NCBI GenBank assembly: GCA_002256925.1
Contig: NCGI01000002.1
Span: 1 to 52,982 of the forward strand
DNA: 52,982 nt
Source: Polaromonas sp. 28-63-22
GTDB taxonomy: Bacteria > Pseudomonadota > Gammaproteobacteria > Burkholderiales > Burkholderiaceae_C
Direction of reading: 5' to 3'
The notes under the pieces were generated by a model. The model was given only the letters and a program-made list of their open reading frames with translations. It ran no database searches and was not told the origin of the DNA. This document shows, piece by piece, positions 9,904 to 18,383 of this stretch; within the stretch, counting starts at the first letter, position 1, and every line of letters starts with the position of its first letter. Both the position numbers and the translations under genes were made by a program.

Positions 9904-10568
9904 GCGCCCTCCTGCTCGATGCGCTGCAGCGTGGCGCCGAAGCCGCGCGGCGCACGAAAGTCGGTACGCGCGCTGGTGGACACGCGAGGCGCGGCCGACC
10001 ACGCGACGACGGCACCCGCGTCCTGGAGGGCCTGCACCAGCGCCACGTCTTCACCGCACGGCAGGTGCTGAAATCCGCCCACCCGCCGGTATGCTGCGGC
10101 ACTGACGCCTAGATTGGCGCCATGCACATGGCGGTGGTCATCGACATCAAAGTAGGTGGCAGCGAAATGGCGCTGCATGTTGCTCCCGTAACCCGCCCAG
10201 TCGCCGACGCAGACCGTGCCGCAAACGGCGTCGGCGCCCTGTGCACCCAGCGCCAGCTGCGTCACCAGCCAGTCCGGCGCGACGACGCTGTCGCAATCCG
10301 TGAACGCCAGCCAGCGCGCGCCTCCCTCGATGGCGGCCTGGGCACCCGCCGCGCGGGCGTGGCCGACATTGCGCGCGCTCACCGCGAACGTGGTGGCACC
10401 GCAGGCCTCGGCAATCGGGCCCGTGCTGTCCGTGCAATGGTCCAGCACGACCAGCACCAGGACCTCTTCCTGGTTCAGCTGCGCATGCCGGGCAGCCCGG
10501 ACAATCGACTCGACACACGGACCCACAAGCTTTTCTTCATTGTGCGCAGGTACGACAACGCTGATCAC
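9879..10568 (-). CDS. Glycosyltransferase family 2
   Basis: VVVPAHNEE, LDHCTD, TDCDS (DxD), HGANLG, GGF....GED motifs. Confidence 0.88.
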   Translation of the reverse strand: MISVVVPAHNEEKLVGPCVESIVRAARHAQLNQEEVLVLVVLDHCTDSTGPIAEACGATTFAVSARNVGHARAAGAQAAIEGGARWLAFTDCDSVVAPDWLVTQLALGAQGADAVCGTVCVGDWAGYGSNMQRHFAATYFDVDDHRHVHGANLGVSAAAYRRVGGFQHLPCGEDVALVQALQDAGAVVAWSAAPRVSTSARTDFRAPRGFGATLQRIEQEGAWVLPMAA

Positions 10569-10919
10569 GCTTAACCTCCCTTTGAATCACTTTGAACTTT
10601 GCATGGGCCTGCGGTGACTAACCCAGGCCTATGGCACGGCGCCTGTTTCTGGTCCAGCCAGCTTAAGAACCCGACGAGGACAGGCCTGTAAGGCACGGGG
10701 TGGCTGCGTTGTAGTCCAGCAATCTGCCGCAGACCCGGCCAGATTCCCCCGGACTTGTGATGGAAAGTACCCGCCCATGGCGGGCAACCGCGCCGGGACA
10801 CGCTGAGCCCATTACCCATCGGGACATTCAGCAATGGGGCGGAGCATTAAGATCGGCAGAAACCATTACCCGGATTCATGGCCACAAGCTCGTTTCTCAC
10901 CTGTAACGCCGACTGAACC

Positions 10920-12268
10920 ATGTCTTTCGCCCGCCTCAAGCTCAACGACCGGCTCAGCCACTGGGCCCGCAAGCGTTTCGCCTTCGCTGTTTTGCTCATG
11001 CTGGCCGGCACGCTGCTCGTCATCAGCGAAAAAACCTACCACGACACCACCGCCACGCTCGACTTCGGCATCGCCCTGACGGATGCGCGCATCGAGTCGA
11101 TGCGCCTGCTCCAGTTGACCAACGATGCGGAAATTGCCCAGTTCGGGTTTTTGGTCACAGGTCAGGACCAGTACCTGGCGCAGTTCGACGCAGCCCGCGC
11201 CGAACTGCCTGCCGTCCAGCAGGCCATCACCGTTTTCTTTGCAGACAAGGGCGCACGCAGCGCGGCCGACGTTGCCCGCCTGATTGACTTGTCGCGCCTG
11301 GAGTTCGAAAACATGGGCCAGACACTGGCGCTGGCGCGCGCGGGTCAGGCACAGGCTGCCGCCGATCTGGCGCGTAGCGCCACGGAGCGCAAGGAAATGG
11401 TTGCATTGCGCGCGGCCTTGAAAACTCATTTCCTCGACGCGGCGGCGCTGCAGGCAAACGCCCGCGTGTCGATTTACGACGCACTGATGCTCGAACGGGT
11501 CGCTGTCGGATCGCTGACCCTGCTAAGTCTTTTCAGCATGTTCCTTTTCCTGCGGCAACTGGCGTTGCAGGATCGGTCGGTAAGGAGCCAGCAAGCGGCC
11601 CTGCACGCAGAGCGCGAACGGCTCGAAGAACAGGTCAGGCGCCGGACCGCACAGCTCACGGAGCTGGCCCAGCACCTGCAGTCGGTGCGGGAAGACGAGC
11701 GCGCCCTTCTCGCACTGGAACTGCACGATGAACTGGGCGGCCTGCTGACCGTCAGCAAACTGGAGATTGCGCGAGCGCGCTCGAAGGTCAACGAGCCCGA
11801 GGAACTGCTGCGCCGCCTCGACCGGATCACCGACACCCTGAACCAGGGCATTGCGCTGAAGCGCCGCATCATCGAAGACCTGCGCCCTTCCGCCCTGACC
11901 CACCTGGGCCTGGCGGTGGCGCTGCAAAACCTCTGCAGCGACATGGGCGACAGCCTGGGCATACCGGTGCGCCTGACCATGGTGGACTCGCGCCTGTCGC
12001 GCGATGCGGAACTGGCGGTTTACCGGTTTGTCCAGGAAGCGCTGACAAACGTCGGCAAATATGCGTCGGCCACCGAGGTCGAGGTCAGGCTCGAAGTGGC
12101 CAGCGGCAAAGCCACGGTGACGGTGCGGGACGACGGCTCGGGCTTCGACACGACAAACCCGCGCGCCGGGCACCACGGGCTGGCGGGCATGCAGTTCCCG
12201 GCAAGGGCACGGTGGTGCGCATCGAGTTCGCCGAAGAGCCCGACTCACAGTTTCAGGCCGACCCAAAT
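10920..12268 (+). pseudogene. CHASE3 / HisKA_3 / HATPase sensor histidine kinase, frameshifted in the ATPase C-terminus and interrupted by the prophage
   Basis: TM-CHASE3-TM, ELHDELGG H-box, QEALTN N-box, DDGSGF G1 box and GHHGLAGM. The PGKGTVVRIEF tail lies in the -1 frame from 12197, and its last codons (SAT-stop) are at 52889-52900 beyond the prophage. Confidence 0.8.
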
Positions 12269-12274
12269 TGTGCA

Positions 12275-12402
12275 GGACCACGGTATTAGAGGAAACGGGA
12301 TTGGCCGGGATTGAGCGGGACTCGGCGGGCTTTGTTCAATGAAATCAGGGGGTTACGTGGAAAAAACGGCCTTTTGGTTTTCATGAGGCGGGCCACGGTA
12401 TT
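12275..12402 (+). promoter_or_regulatory. Left-end transposase-binding sites L1 (12275-12292) and L2 (12390-12402), with an IHF-like site between them
   Basis: GGACCACGGTATTAGAG and GGGCCACGGTATT match the reverse complement of the right-end repeats. AATCAGGGGGTTA at 12343-12355 fits WATCARNNNNTTR. Confidence 0.75.
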
Positions 12403-12661
12403 TTTTGGGTCTCGGGCTGGTGGGCGGCACTGCTGGGGTGGCCGGTACCAGGCTTGATGGCCTGGCCATCACGGGCGGTTTAACGGGCCTTTAAGCGTCT
12501 TTTCCCCTATGAGGCGGCCAATGCCTGTCACTGGCGGCGATCTCGGCTTGGCTGGCGATCTGTGGGGTCGAAGTTCTTGGTGGCCAACCCGCCGATCGGG
12601 CCCAACTGTAATGCTGGCATTACAGTTCGCTCCCAATGACAGCGTTTTTGAACTGTAACGG

Positions 12662-13090
12662 TCATTTGGGCTTTTTGGCGGGTTTTGAGGCTGTGGATAA
12701 GTCGGTATCGACGGGCTCAACCGGGTCGGCGAACAGGGTTGGCTGCTTGCGCTTGCGGGCGGCCACCAGGCAGCGCTTGTAGATCTGGTAAATCCGCACA
12801 TAGCTGATGCCATATTCCCGGGCCAGCTCCTGGGCGTTGCCCCGGCCGAAACGGTTGAAAATCTCGATATCGCGCTTGCTCAGTTTGAACTGGGCATCGG
12901 CGTTGATGTAGATGTTCTGGCCCTTCCAGTGCTCAACGACAAAGTCGGCAATATCGTTGCCGACATCGATGCCGATCTCGTCGCTCAGCTTGTGCTTTTC
13001 GATGATGCGTCTGGCCACCTGCTCGGCCAGGTCGGCGAACAGTTCGTGGCGGCGGATGTCGGCGCCGGTTTCGACCATGTCAGCGCTCAT
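12662..13090 (-). CDS. mor: Mor/C family transcription activator
   Basis: HWKGQNIYI, RDIEIFNRF.RGN..ELAREYGISYVRIYQI; follows gemA with an ATGA overlap. Confidence 0.88.
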   Translation of the reverse strand: MSADMVETGADIRRHELFADLAEQVARRIIEKHKLSDEIGIDVGNDIADFVVEHWKGQNIYINADAQFKLSKRDIEIFNRFGRGNAQELAREYGISYVRIYQIYKRCLVAARKRKQPTLFADPVEPVDTDLSTASKPAKKPK

Positions 13091-13533
13091 TGGGTGGCTG
13101 CTCCCTTGCGGTTTTGCTCGACGCTCAAGGCCTGTGAAATCTTCGTTAAATCACGCAGCTGGCACCACTCGAAAAACTCGGGCGCCTGGTCGCCCAGCAT
13201 CTGCTTGGCGATGCCGTCGGCATACACGTCGGGCAGGCGGCCCAGGCTGATCAATTGGGCGCGAATACGGCGCACCAGCGGCAGCGCATCGGCTGACGGC
13301 GTGGGGCGTGCCGGGCGTTTGGTCTGCTTGGCGGCAGCGGGCTTGAAACCGAGGAATTTGAAGTAGTCCAGCACGCGCTGGCGGCCGGGGTGATCGAGGT
13401 CTTTCGAGCTGCTTGCGCCGCCCTGGCCTTGCAGGATGGCGCGGTACTCTTCATCGCTCAGATTGAGCTGCTTTTTGGCGATCTGAATCTTGACCATGTC
13501 GCTGTTGTGATGGTCGCGGGCGAGCTTGCTCAT
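13087..13533 (-). CDS. gemA: GemA (Mu gp16, DUF1018) family regulator
   Basis: KIQIAKKQLNLSDEEYRAIL....G..SSKDL...GFK signature; upstream of mor. Confidence 0.88.
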   Translation of the reverse strand: MSKLARDHHNSDMVKIQIAKKQLNLSDEEYRAILQGQGGASSSKDLDHPGRQRVLDYFKFLGFKPAAAKQTKRPARPTPSADALPLVRRIRAQLISLGRLPDVYADGIAKQMLGDQAPEFFEWCQLRDLTKISQALSVEQNRKGAATQ

Positions 13534-13964
13534 GATGCGCGCTCGCTGGTCAGAACGGTGATGGTATCGTCCGGCTGAATGTTGATCGATTGATTGTTGG
13601 CAATCAGGTGCTTTTTCAGCGAGCGGAAGCTCGCCCACGTCCACCCCAAATAGGTTGCTTTTCTATCCAGTTCCGGGAAATACTTTGCGGTGCCACGCTT
13701 GCCGTAGTCTTTGCGGATCCGTGCCTTCTGAGTTGGTGTGTAGAGATGCACGGCGTGCGGGCAGGCGAAGCGTTTGCCGATGTCGCTGTCTGCCTTCAAC
13801 CACGCGCCTTTGAAGGCGCCATCCACGTACCAGGCGATCACCATCTTCATAGGCTTGTCTGGCTGCACCTGCAAGGTCAGGTTGTGGCCGTCGACCAGCA
13901 GCTTCACTGAGTCATAGGGGTAGCGCAAACCAGCCTCTACCGCAGCCCATTCTTCTTTGGTCAT
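13530..13964 (-). CDS. Phage hypothetical protein
   Basis: ATG 13964 (MTKEEW) coupled to its neighbours by 4-bp overlaps. Confidence 0.65.
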   Translation of the reverse strand: MTKEEWAAVEAGLRYPYDSVKLLVDGHNLTLQVQPDKPMKMVIAWYVDGAFKGAWLKADSDIGKRFACPHAVHLYTPTQKARIRKDYGKRGTAKYFPELDRKATYLGWTWASFRSLKKHLIANNQSINIQPDDTITVLTSERAS

Positions 13965-14269
13965 AACCCCAGCACCTCCCTGACGACACGTTCGTACCGG
14001 CGGTTGATGGCCGGCTCTATCAGCCACTTCCAGATCCCGATCGCGCTGGTGATGGAGTAGCCGATTTGCTGGATGAAAAAGAACCAATGGCCGTAGCCAT
14101 AGCCGAAGGCGAGCCAGCCGATGTTGCTGAGGGCAAAGAGCACCCAGCCCCATTGCGCATGGCGGCCTTTGCAGGCCAGCACGAAGCTGCCGAACAGGCC
14201 ACAGGTGGTCGCGAAGATTTCGACCCAGATGAAGGGGGTTTGCAGGGTGGTTTGGAGCTGCTCGATCAT
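13961..14269 (-). CDS. Small 3-TM membrane protein (PnuC-half-like)
   Basis: Three hydrophobic segments; WGW....SNIGW and GIWKW pattern. Confidence 0.6.
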   Translation of the reverse strand: MIEQLQTTLQTPFIWVEIFATTCGLFGSFVLACKGRHAQWGWVLFALSNIGWLAFGYGYGHWFFFIQQIGYSITSAIGIWKWLIEPAINRRYERVVREVLGL

Positions 14270-14496
14270 GGCTTGCGAGCCTCCAGTTGCCAGTGGGTCC
14301 GGCCGTTGTATTCCAGGTGCGGCTCGCGCGGCAGTTCGGTGGCCTTGATGAACCGCTCCTTGAAGAGTTTTCGGCCCAGGGCGTCGGCAGCGTTTTGGTC
14401 GCCCGCCGTGCAGCTGGCGCTCAGGCCGTGCACTGAGCTTGTCTTGTAGGTGCCGTTGGCCTGACGCACCTGGATCGGGTATTTCTCGGTTTTCAC
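14266..14496 (-). CDS. Phage hypothetical protein
   Basis: Fits the tightly packed leftward operon. Confidence 0.6.
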   Translation of the reverse strand: MKTEKYPIQVRQANGTYKTSSVHGLSASCTAGDQNAADALGRKLFKERFIKATELPREPHLEYNGRTHWQLEARKP

Positions 14497-14497
14497 G

Positions 14498-14953
14498 TTA
14501 GCTCACCCGGCGCGATTCTGCAGGTGCTCGACCAGGCTGCCCGTGTGCAGCAGGTAATCGCAGCTCGGCGGTCTGGACGGCGTTCAGGACCATGTCGCCA
14601 TTGGTGATCGATGCACCCGATATGAACAGCTCGCCGTCGTTGTAGAGTGCCAGCGTCAACCCGTGGCCGCCGCCTTGGGGGGGGGTGCCCGATTCGGCTT
14701 CGCCCGCGTCGTGATTGTCCGGTTCTGGCGGCACACCGCTACCGGCGATATAAAAGTTCTTTCTGCCTTCTCGCTCCACGCCGATCGCGCCGGCGGCCAC
14801 CGCCGCTTTCACGGTGCCGGCGATGTTGCCTGGAGATATTTCGATCAGCGCCGCCAACGCCGCCACACTCTCGCGCGCGTCCGGGTGATCCTGAAAGTGC
14901 TTCACGGCTTTTTCGCAGTTGCTGCCGGGGCGCGGGGTGTAGACGCTGCTCAT
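14498..14953 (-). CDS. Phage hypothetical protein, possible N-terminal winged HTH
   Basis: SVAALAALIEIS..NI...VK...AG.I.VEREGRKNFY resembles a wHTH. Confidence 0.55.
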   Translation of the reverse strand: MSSVYTPRPGSNCEKAVKHFQDHPDARESVAALAALIEISPGNIAGTVKAAVAAGAIGVEREGRKNFYIAGSGVPPEPDNHDAGEAESGTPPQGGGHGLTLALYNDGELFISGASITNGDMVLNAVQTAELRLPAAHGQPGRAPAESRRVS

Positions 14954-14978
14954 TTGAATCTCGCTTTAATGCTGTTTT

Positions 14979-15007
14979 AAAAAGACCCCGGGGCCGAAGC
15001 CCTGGGG
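14979..15007 (-). terminator. Intrinsic terminator within the early operon
   Basis: Minus strand: CCCCAGGGC-TTCG-GCCCCGGGG (cUUCGg loop) followed by TCTTTTT. Confidence 0.75.
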
Positions 15008-15014
15008 CGAAAGA

Positions 15015-15410
15015 TCAGCCTTCGCTGGCGGTTTCCAGGCCGCAGGCTTGATCAAGGAGGGAATCGGTTTTTGGCCTAACAAGGCTTGCGCTGTCGGGGT
15101 GGCACACCAGAAGTTGCCGGCGGCTCAGATAGCGCAGCGCTGAGGAAATCAAAGCCGAAATTCGATCGTCTTCGTCGTCAAGAGCCAGCTCCATTTCGAG
15201 CGGGTGCGTGCGATACCAGATGTGGCCGTCTTTTTCTTCGGCCAGGCACTCGCTGCAGACGAGCTCCCAAGCCGCTTCGTCGGCTATGCCGATGGCTCCG
15301 TCAGGGCCTGCAAAAAACACGATGATTTCGCCAGCCTCAAGCTCGGCGGCGGTCGCGCTGCCGAGCTGGGCCTGGTCGGCCAGCCAGCGCTGGATTCGTT
15401 CGTTGTTCAT
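15015..15410 (-). CDS. Phage hypothetical protein
   Basis: ATG 15410 (MNNERIQ) overlaps the stop of the gam-like gene. Confidence 0.6.
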   Translation of the reverse strand: MNNERIQRWLADQAQLGSATAAELEAGEIIVFFAGPDGAIGIADEAAWELVCSECLAEEKDGHIWYRTHPLEMELALDDEDDRISALISSALRYLSRRQLLVCHPDSASLVRPKTDSLLDQACGLETASEG

Positions 15411-15931
15411 GACGCGGCCTCCTCTTCCGCACCCTTGAGCAGTGCCTTCACCAGCTTGTCGACTTCGGCGGTGGTATCTTTCGCAAACGCCACGTCGCCG
15501 CTGTCTTCGGCCGTGACGCCGATTTTTTTGAGTTCGGCGACGGTCAGGCCATCCATTGCGGACTTCATGGGTTTTTCGGTGGTCTTGATCAGCACGTCGA
15601 ACTGCTCGGGCATGTGCTTGCGCACCAGCTTGACGACCTGCTCGTCGTCGTCCCATTCGATGCGGCCCTTGCCTTTGGCATAGCCGAGCTTGATGCCGTG
15701 CAGCACGATGCTCTTGGGTTTGACGAAGAGTTGCGGCGAATCGGCGATGGTGGCGAGCAGATCGGCCTGGGCCTGGGCGACGGCGGCCACACTGGCGCGC
15801 AGGCCACGCATCGATTTGCGCTTGGCGGCCTCCATTTCGTCGTGCAGCGCGCCCGCACGCAGGCTCAGGGTGTCGCGCACGGCGCGCAGGGTTTTGGCGG
15901 CCTTGTCGATCGCGTCTAAATCGTTGCTCAT
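15407..15931 (-). CDS. gam: Gam-like host-nuclease inhibitor
   Basis: N-terminal coiled coil, LFVKPKS..LHGIKLGY.K, LIKTTEKP.K and ELKKIGV pattern; typical semi-essential position. Confidence 0.75.
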   Translation of the reverse strand: MSNDLDAIDKAAKTLRAVRDTLSLRAGALHDEMEAAKRKSMRGLRASVAAVAQAQADLLATIADSPQLFVKPKSIVLHGIKLGYAKGKGRIEWDDDEQVVKLVRKHMPEQFDVLIKTTEKPMKSAMDGLTVAELKKIGVTAEDSGDVAFAKDTTAEVDKLVKALLKGAEEEAAS

Positions 15932-16299
15932 CAGGTGGCTCCTTCGCCAGGGTTGGATTCGGTGAGAGAAAACTGGCCGAGCAGCTCGGCCATCGAGATA
16001 CGGCGCAGGCGGCTTTCGGCCTTGAGGCTCGACAGCGCGCGGCTGCGCAGGAAGTTGCAGGTGTCGTCAAGCTCTTCGGCCGTCTCAGCCAAAAAGTAGC
16101 CGCTGGCCGGGTGGGCGCAGATCGGGTGGCCTTCCAGGCGCAGTTCGGTCACCAGCTTGCGCACGGCGCGCTCCTGGCCTTCGCCGTTGGCCAGCTCGCC
16201 GGTGATGCGCATCACCAGGTCGCGGACGTGAATGCCCCGGGCTTTGCCCTGGTGGTGTTCCAGCGCGCTCAAGACCTGGGCGGGTGTGATCTGCTGCAT
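15931..16299 (-). CDS. Phage HTH-like protein
   Basis: RAVRKLVTELRLEGHPICA....GYFLA. Confidence 0.65.
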   Translation of the reverse strand: MQQITPAQVLSALEHHQGKARGIHVRDLVMRITGELANGEGQERAVRKLVTELRLEGHPICAHPASGYFLAETAEELDDTCNFLRSRALSSLKAESRLRRISMAELLGQFSLTESNPGEGAT

Positions 16300-16309
16300 G
16301 GTGGGCCTT

Positions 16310-16540
16310 TCAGTGGGTGACGCGGACGAATGGCTCGGCGCTCTTCATCTCTTCGCCGGTGACCGCGAGTAATTTGCCGAACTGCACGCGTTTGAATTCG
16401 GGCAGACCGGTGGCAATCGACACATAGAGCGTCAGCAAGGCGGCCATCGCTTCTTCGGCGGCGTATTCCTCGGGCAGCGAATCCAGCAGCGCATGCGCCA
16501 TCGCCTGCACCGTCTGCTGATTCATATCGCGCGCGCTCAT
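16310..16540 (-). CDS. Phage hypothetical protein
   Basis: ATG 16540 (MSARDM), 4-bp overlap with the upstream gene. Confidence 0.55.
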   Translation of the reverse strand: MSARDMNQQTVQAMAHALLDSLPEEYAAEEAMAALLTLYVSIATGLPEFKRVQFGKLLAVTGEEMKSAEPFVRVTH

Positions 16541-16821
16541 TGCAGACTCGCTGGCGCCGCATGGTGCGTGGCCTCGGGATCGGGTGAGCGCGCCACCTTC
16601 ACAGCCTTGACTTCGCCAAACAGCAGGTTGCCGGCCAGCTGCATCAGCGCGGGCGCCACAGCATGCAGCTGGCGGTGCTGGATGCCGACGTGGACATAGG
16701 TGGCCAGCAGTGCGTCGAGCTGCACCATCACGGGCAGGTCTTTTAACTGCTCGACGAGTTGCTGCTGCAGGCGACCGGCTTGTGCCAGCGATTCGCGGTG
16801 TTGTTTTTCCTGGTCGTTCAC
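16537..16821 (-). CDS. Phage hypothetical protein
   Basis: GTG 16821 (VNDQEKQ) with a GGAG SD and 4-bp overlaps. Confidence 0.55.
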   Translation of the reverse strand: MNDQEKQHRESLAQAGRLQQQLVEQLKDLPVMVQLDALLATYVHVGIQHRQLHAVAPALMQLAGNLLFGEVKAVKVARSPDPEATHHAAPASLQ

Positions 16822-17081
16822 GCAAGGGCTCCGGGTTGTGAAGGGATGGGGAGGTCGGGCAGCGCGTTGCAGTCCGATGTGAAGGCGTAGGCCACGGCGG
16901 TGGCGTGGTCGCGGCTGGCGACGAAGCTGCCGGCTTCCAGGGCGTCCATTGCCTGCTGTATTTCGAAGGCGGCGAAGGTGGGCCGCCAGTGGTGCGCCAG
17001 CATGCTGACGGTCCACCAGCCGCCGTCACGCTGCAGCATCAGCCACAGCGCGCGCACGTCAGAGGTGATGGCGTTGCCCAT
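16818..17081 (-). CDS. Phage hypothetical protein (wHTH-like)
   Basis: ATG 17081 (MGNAIT) preceded by GGAGG. Confidence 0.6.
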   Translation of the reverse strand: MGNAITSDVRALWLMLQRDGGWWTVSMLAHHWRPTFAAFEIQQAMDALEAGSFVASRDHATAVAYAFTSDCNALPDLPIPSQPGALA

Positions 17082-17257
17082 CAAAGCCTCCCGCTCACGG
17101 CAGTGGCCAGCACGATGGCCAGCAGCAGCGCCAGACGCCAGCACCACCGGCGCGCCTGGCCGCCTGCCTGGGCGGCCGAGGGCGGCGCTGGCTGCAGCGG
17201 GATGCAGCCATGCCGGCTGCAGTGGCTGACGGTTTCGCATTGATCGCACAGGTTCAT
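17081..17257 (-). CDS. 58-aa Cys-rich protein with C-terminal TM (not in the ORF track)
   Basis: MNLCDQCETVSHCSRHGC...WRLALLLAIVLATAVSGRL; fills the gap exactly with overlapping start and stop. Confidence 0.55.
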   Translation of the reverse strand: MNLCDQCETVSHCSRHGCIPLQPAPPSAAQAGGQARRWCWRLALLLAIVLATAVSGRL

Positions 17258-17649
17258 GAGGTCGCTCCGGTGAAAGGTGTGGGGCCCCCGGCCGTCAGGC
17301 TGGGGCAGGCGGCGAAGTCAAACGCGCCGGCGCGGTAATGCGTGGCAGGTGCCGGCTGGTAGACCGGGGTGTTCATGACGTTGACCTGGCGCGGCGGCAC
17401 GATGGCGTCTGCGCCTGGTGGCGGCATCTGCATCAATTGCCGGCGCGCCAACGCCGTGGTCGACCAGACGGCGCGGCCGGTCTTGCCGGTGTTGACCAGC
17501 AAACCGCGATCGCCCAGATGGTTAAGCCGATGCGCAAAAGTCGTCTCGTGTTCACCGGCGCCGTCGAAGCGGCTGAAAGCGTCAAAGGCACGGATCGGCT
17601 CGTGCTGCGCCACAAACGCCAGCAGCGCGCGGGTTTTGGCGGTGATCAT
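17254..17649 (-). CDS. Phage hypothetical protein (wHTH-like)
   Basis: RLNHLGDRGLLVNTG...AVW; coupled ORF. Confidence 0.6.
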   Translation of the reverse strand: MITAKTRALLAFVAQHEPIRAFDAFSRFDGAGEHETTFAHRLNHLGDRGLLVNTGKTGRAVWSTTALARRQLMQMPPPGADAIVPPRQVNVMNTPVYQPAPATHYRAGAFDFAACPSLTAGGPTPFTGATS

Positions 17650-17882
17650 GGGAACACCCCCCCCGACGTCAGGTAGCCGGCGGCAAATCCGATCGTCAGC
17701 GATATGGAGGCCACCAGCGCGGCCACCAGCAGCGCCTTGACGACGAAGGCGGCGACGCCTGTGTCGGGGCGCTTGCGGCTGTACGGCCCGTCAATCACGC
17801 CAGGCGCGAACTGAGTCGTGCAGCCGTCGCAGGCGGGCTTGCGGCTCTGGCAGATGCCAAGGGATGCGCAGTCGCGGCTCAT
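17646..17882 (-). CDS. Small Cys-rich protein with C-terminal TM
   Basis: CASLGICQSRKPACDGC followed by a hydrophobic segment. Confidence 0.6.
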   Translation of the reverse strand: MSRDCASLGICQSRKPACDGCTTQFAPGVIDGPYSRKRPDTGVAAFVVKALLVAALVASISLTIGFAAGYLTSGGVFP

Positions 17883-18013
17883 CGCTGCCACCCCAGGAAG
17901 GCCAGGTAGTCGATGCGGGCGTCGTAGACGGCGAGCTTGCGGGTGACGCCATAAAAACGCTGGATGCGGCGCGCGCGGCGCTTGATCCAGCCCAGTCGGG
18001 AAACTTCTTTCAT
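17879..18013 (-). CDS. 44-aa basic protein (not in the ORF track)
   Basis: MKEVSRLGWIKRRARRIQRFYGVTRKLAVYDARIDYLAFLGWQR; ATGA overlap with the next gene. Confidence 0.5.
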   Translation of the reverse strand: MKEVSRLGWIKRRARRIQRFYGVTRKLAVYDARIDYLAFLGWQR

Positions 18014-18014
18014 G

Positions 18015-18383
18015 TCAGAGGGCCTTTCGGTGGATGCAGTTTTTGCAGGCGCGGCCGAGGGCGGCGCGCATCGGGTTGGTGAAGGCCTGCGGCAGCGCCT
18101 GGTTGTCCAGGCAGCTGCGCTTGCTCAGGTCGCCCATGACCGGACAGCGCACGGTTTCGGCCATGAACTGGCCGCGTATGCGGTTGGCCATGACTTCGAC
18201 GTTGCCGCTGTATTTGTCGGCCAGCAGCAGGCTGACGGCGGCGCCGCTGACGCTGAGCTCCTCGCCAACCTTGGTCTGCGAACCAAAGCGCAGCACGGCG
18301 GCCTGCAGCGCGGCCTTGACGTCAGCCGGCAGCGCGGCGCAGGCTTTGCCCGCTTTGGCAGTGGCCTGTTTATTCAAGGGCAT
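18015..18383 (-). CDS. XRE-type HTH protein with C-terminal Cys cluster
   Basis: SQTKVGEELSVSGAAVSLLL..KY.G, then CP..G....C...C..C. Confidence 0.7.
   Translation of the reverse strand: MPLNKQATAKAGKACAALPADVKAALQAAVLRFGSQTKVGEELSVSGAAVSLLLADKYSGNVEVMANRIRGQFMAETVRCPVMGDLSKRSCLDNQALPQAFTNPMRAALGRACKNCIHRKAL

Noticed and set aside
12198-12314. C-terminus of the 464-aa kinase ORF as listed in the track
   Set aside because: It is out-of-frame read-through into prophage DNA; the real tail is in the -1 frame.
12469-12813. 114-aa ORF at the left end
   Set aside because: It overlaps mor in another frame, has no motif, and covers cis-acting end sequence.
14675-14685. G9 run in the 151-aa early gene as a second phase-variable tract
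   Set aside because: It is short, the ORF stays open through it, and such runs are unremarkable at this GC content.
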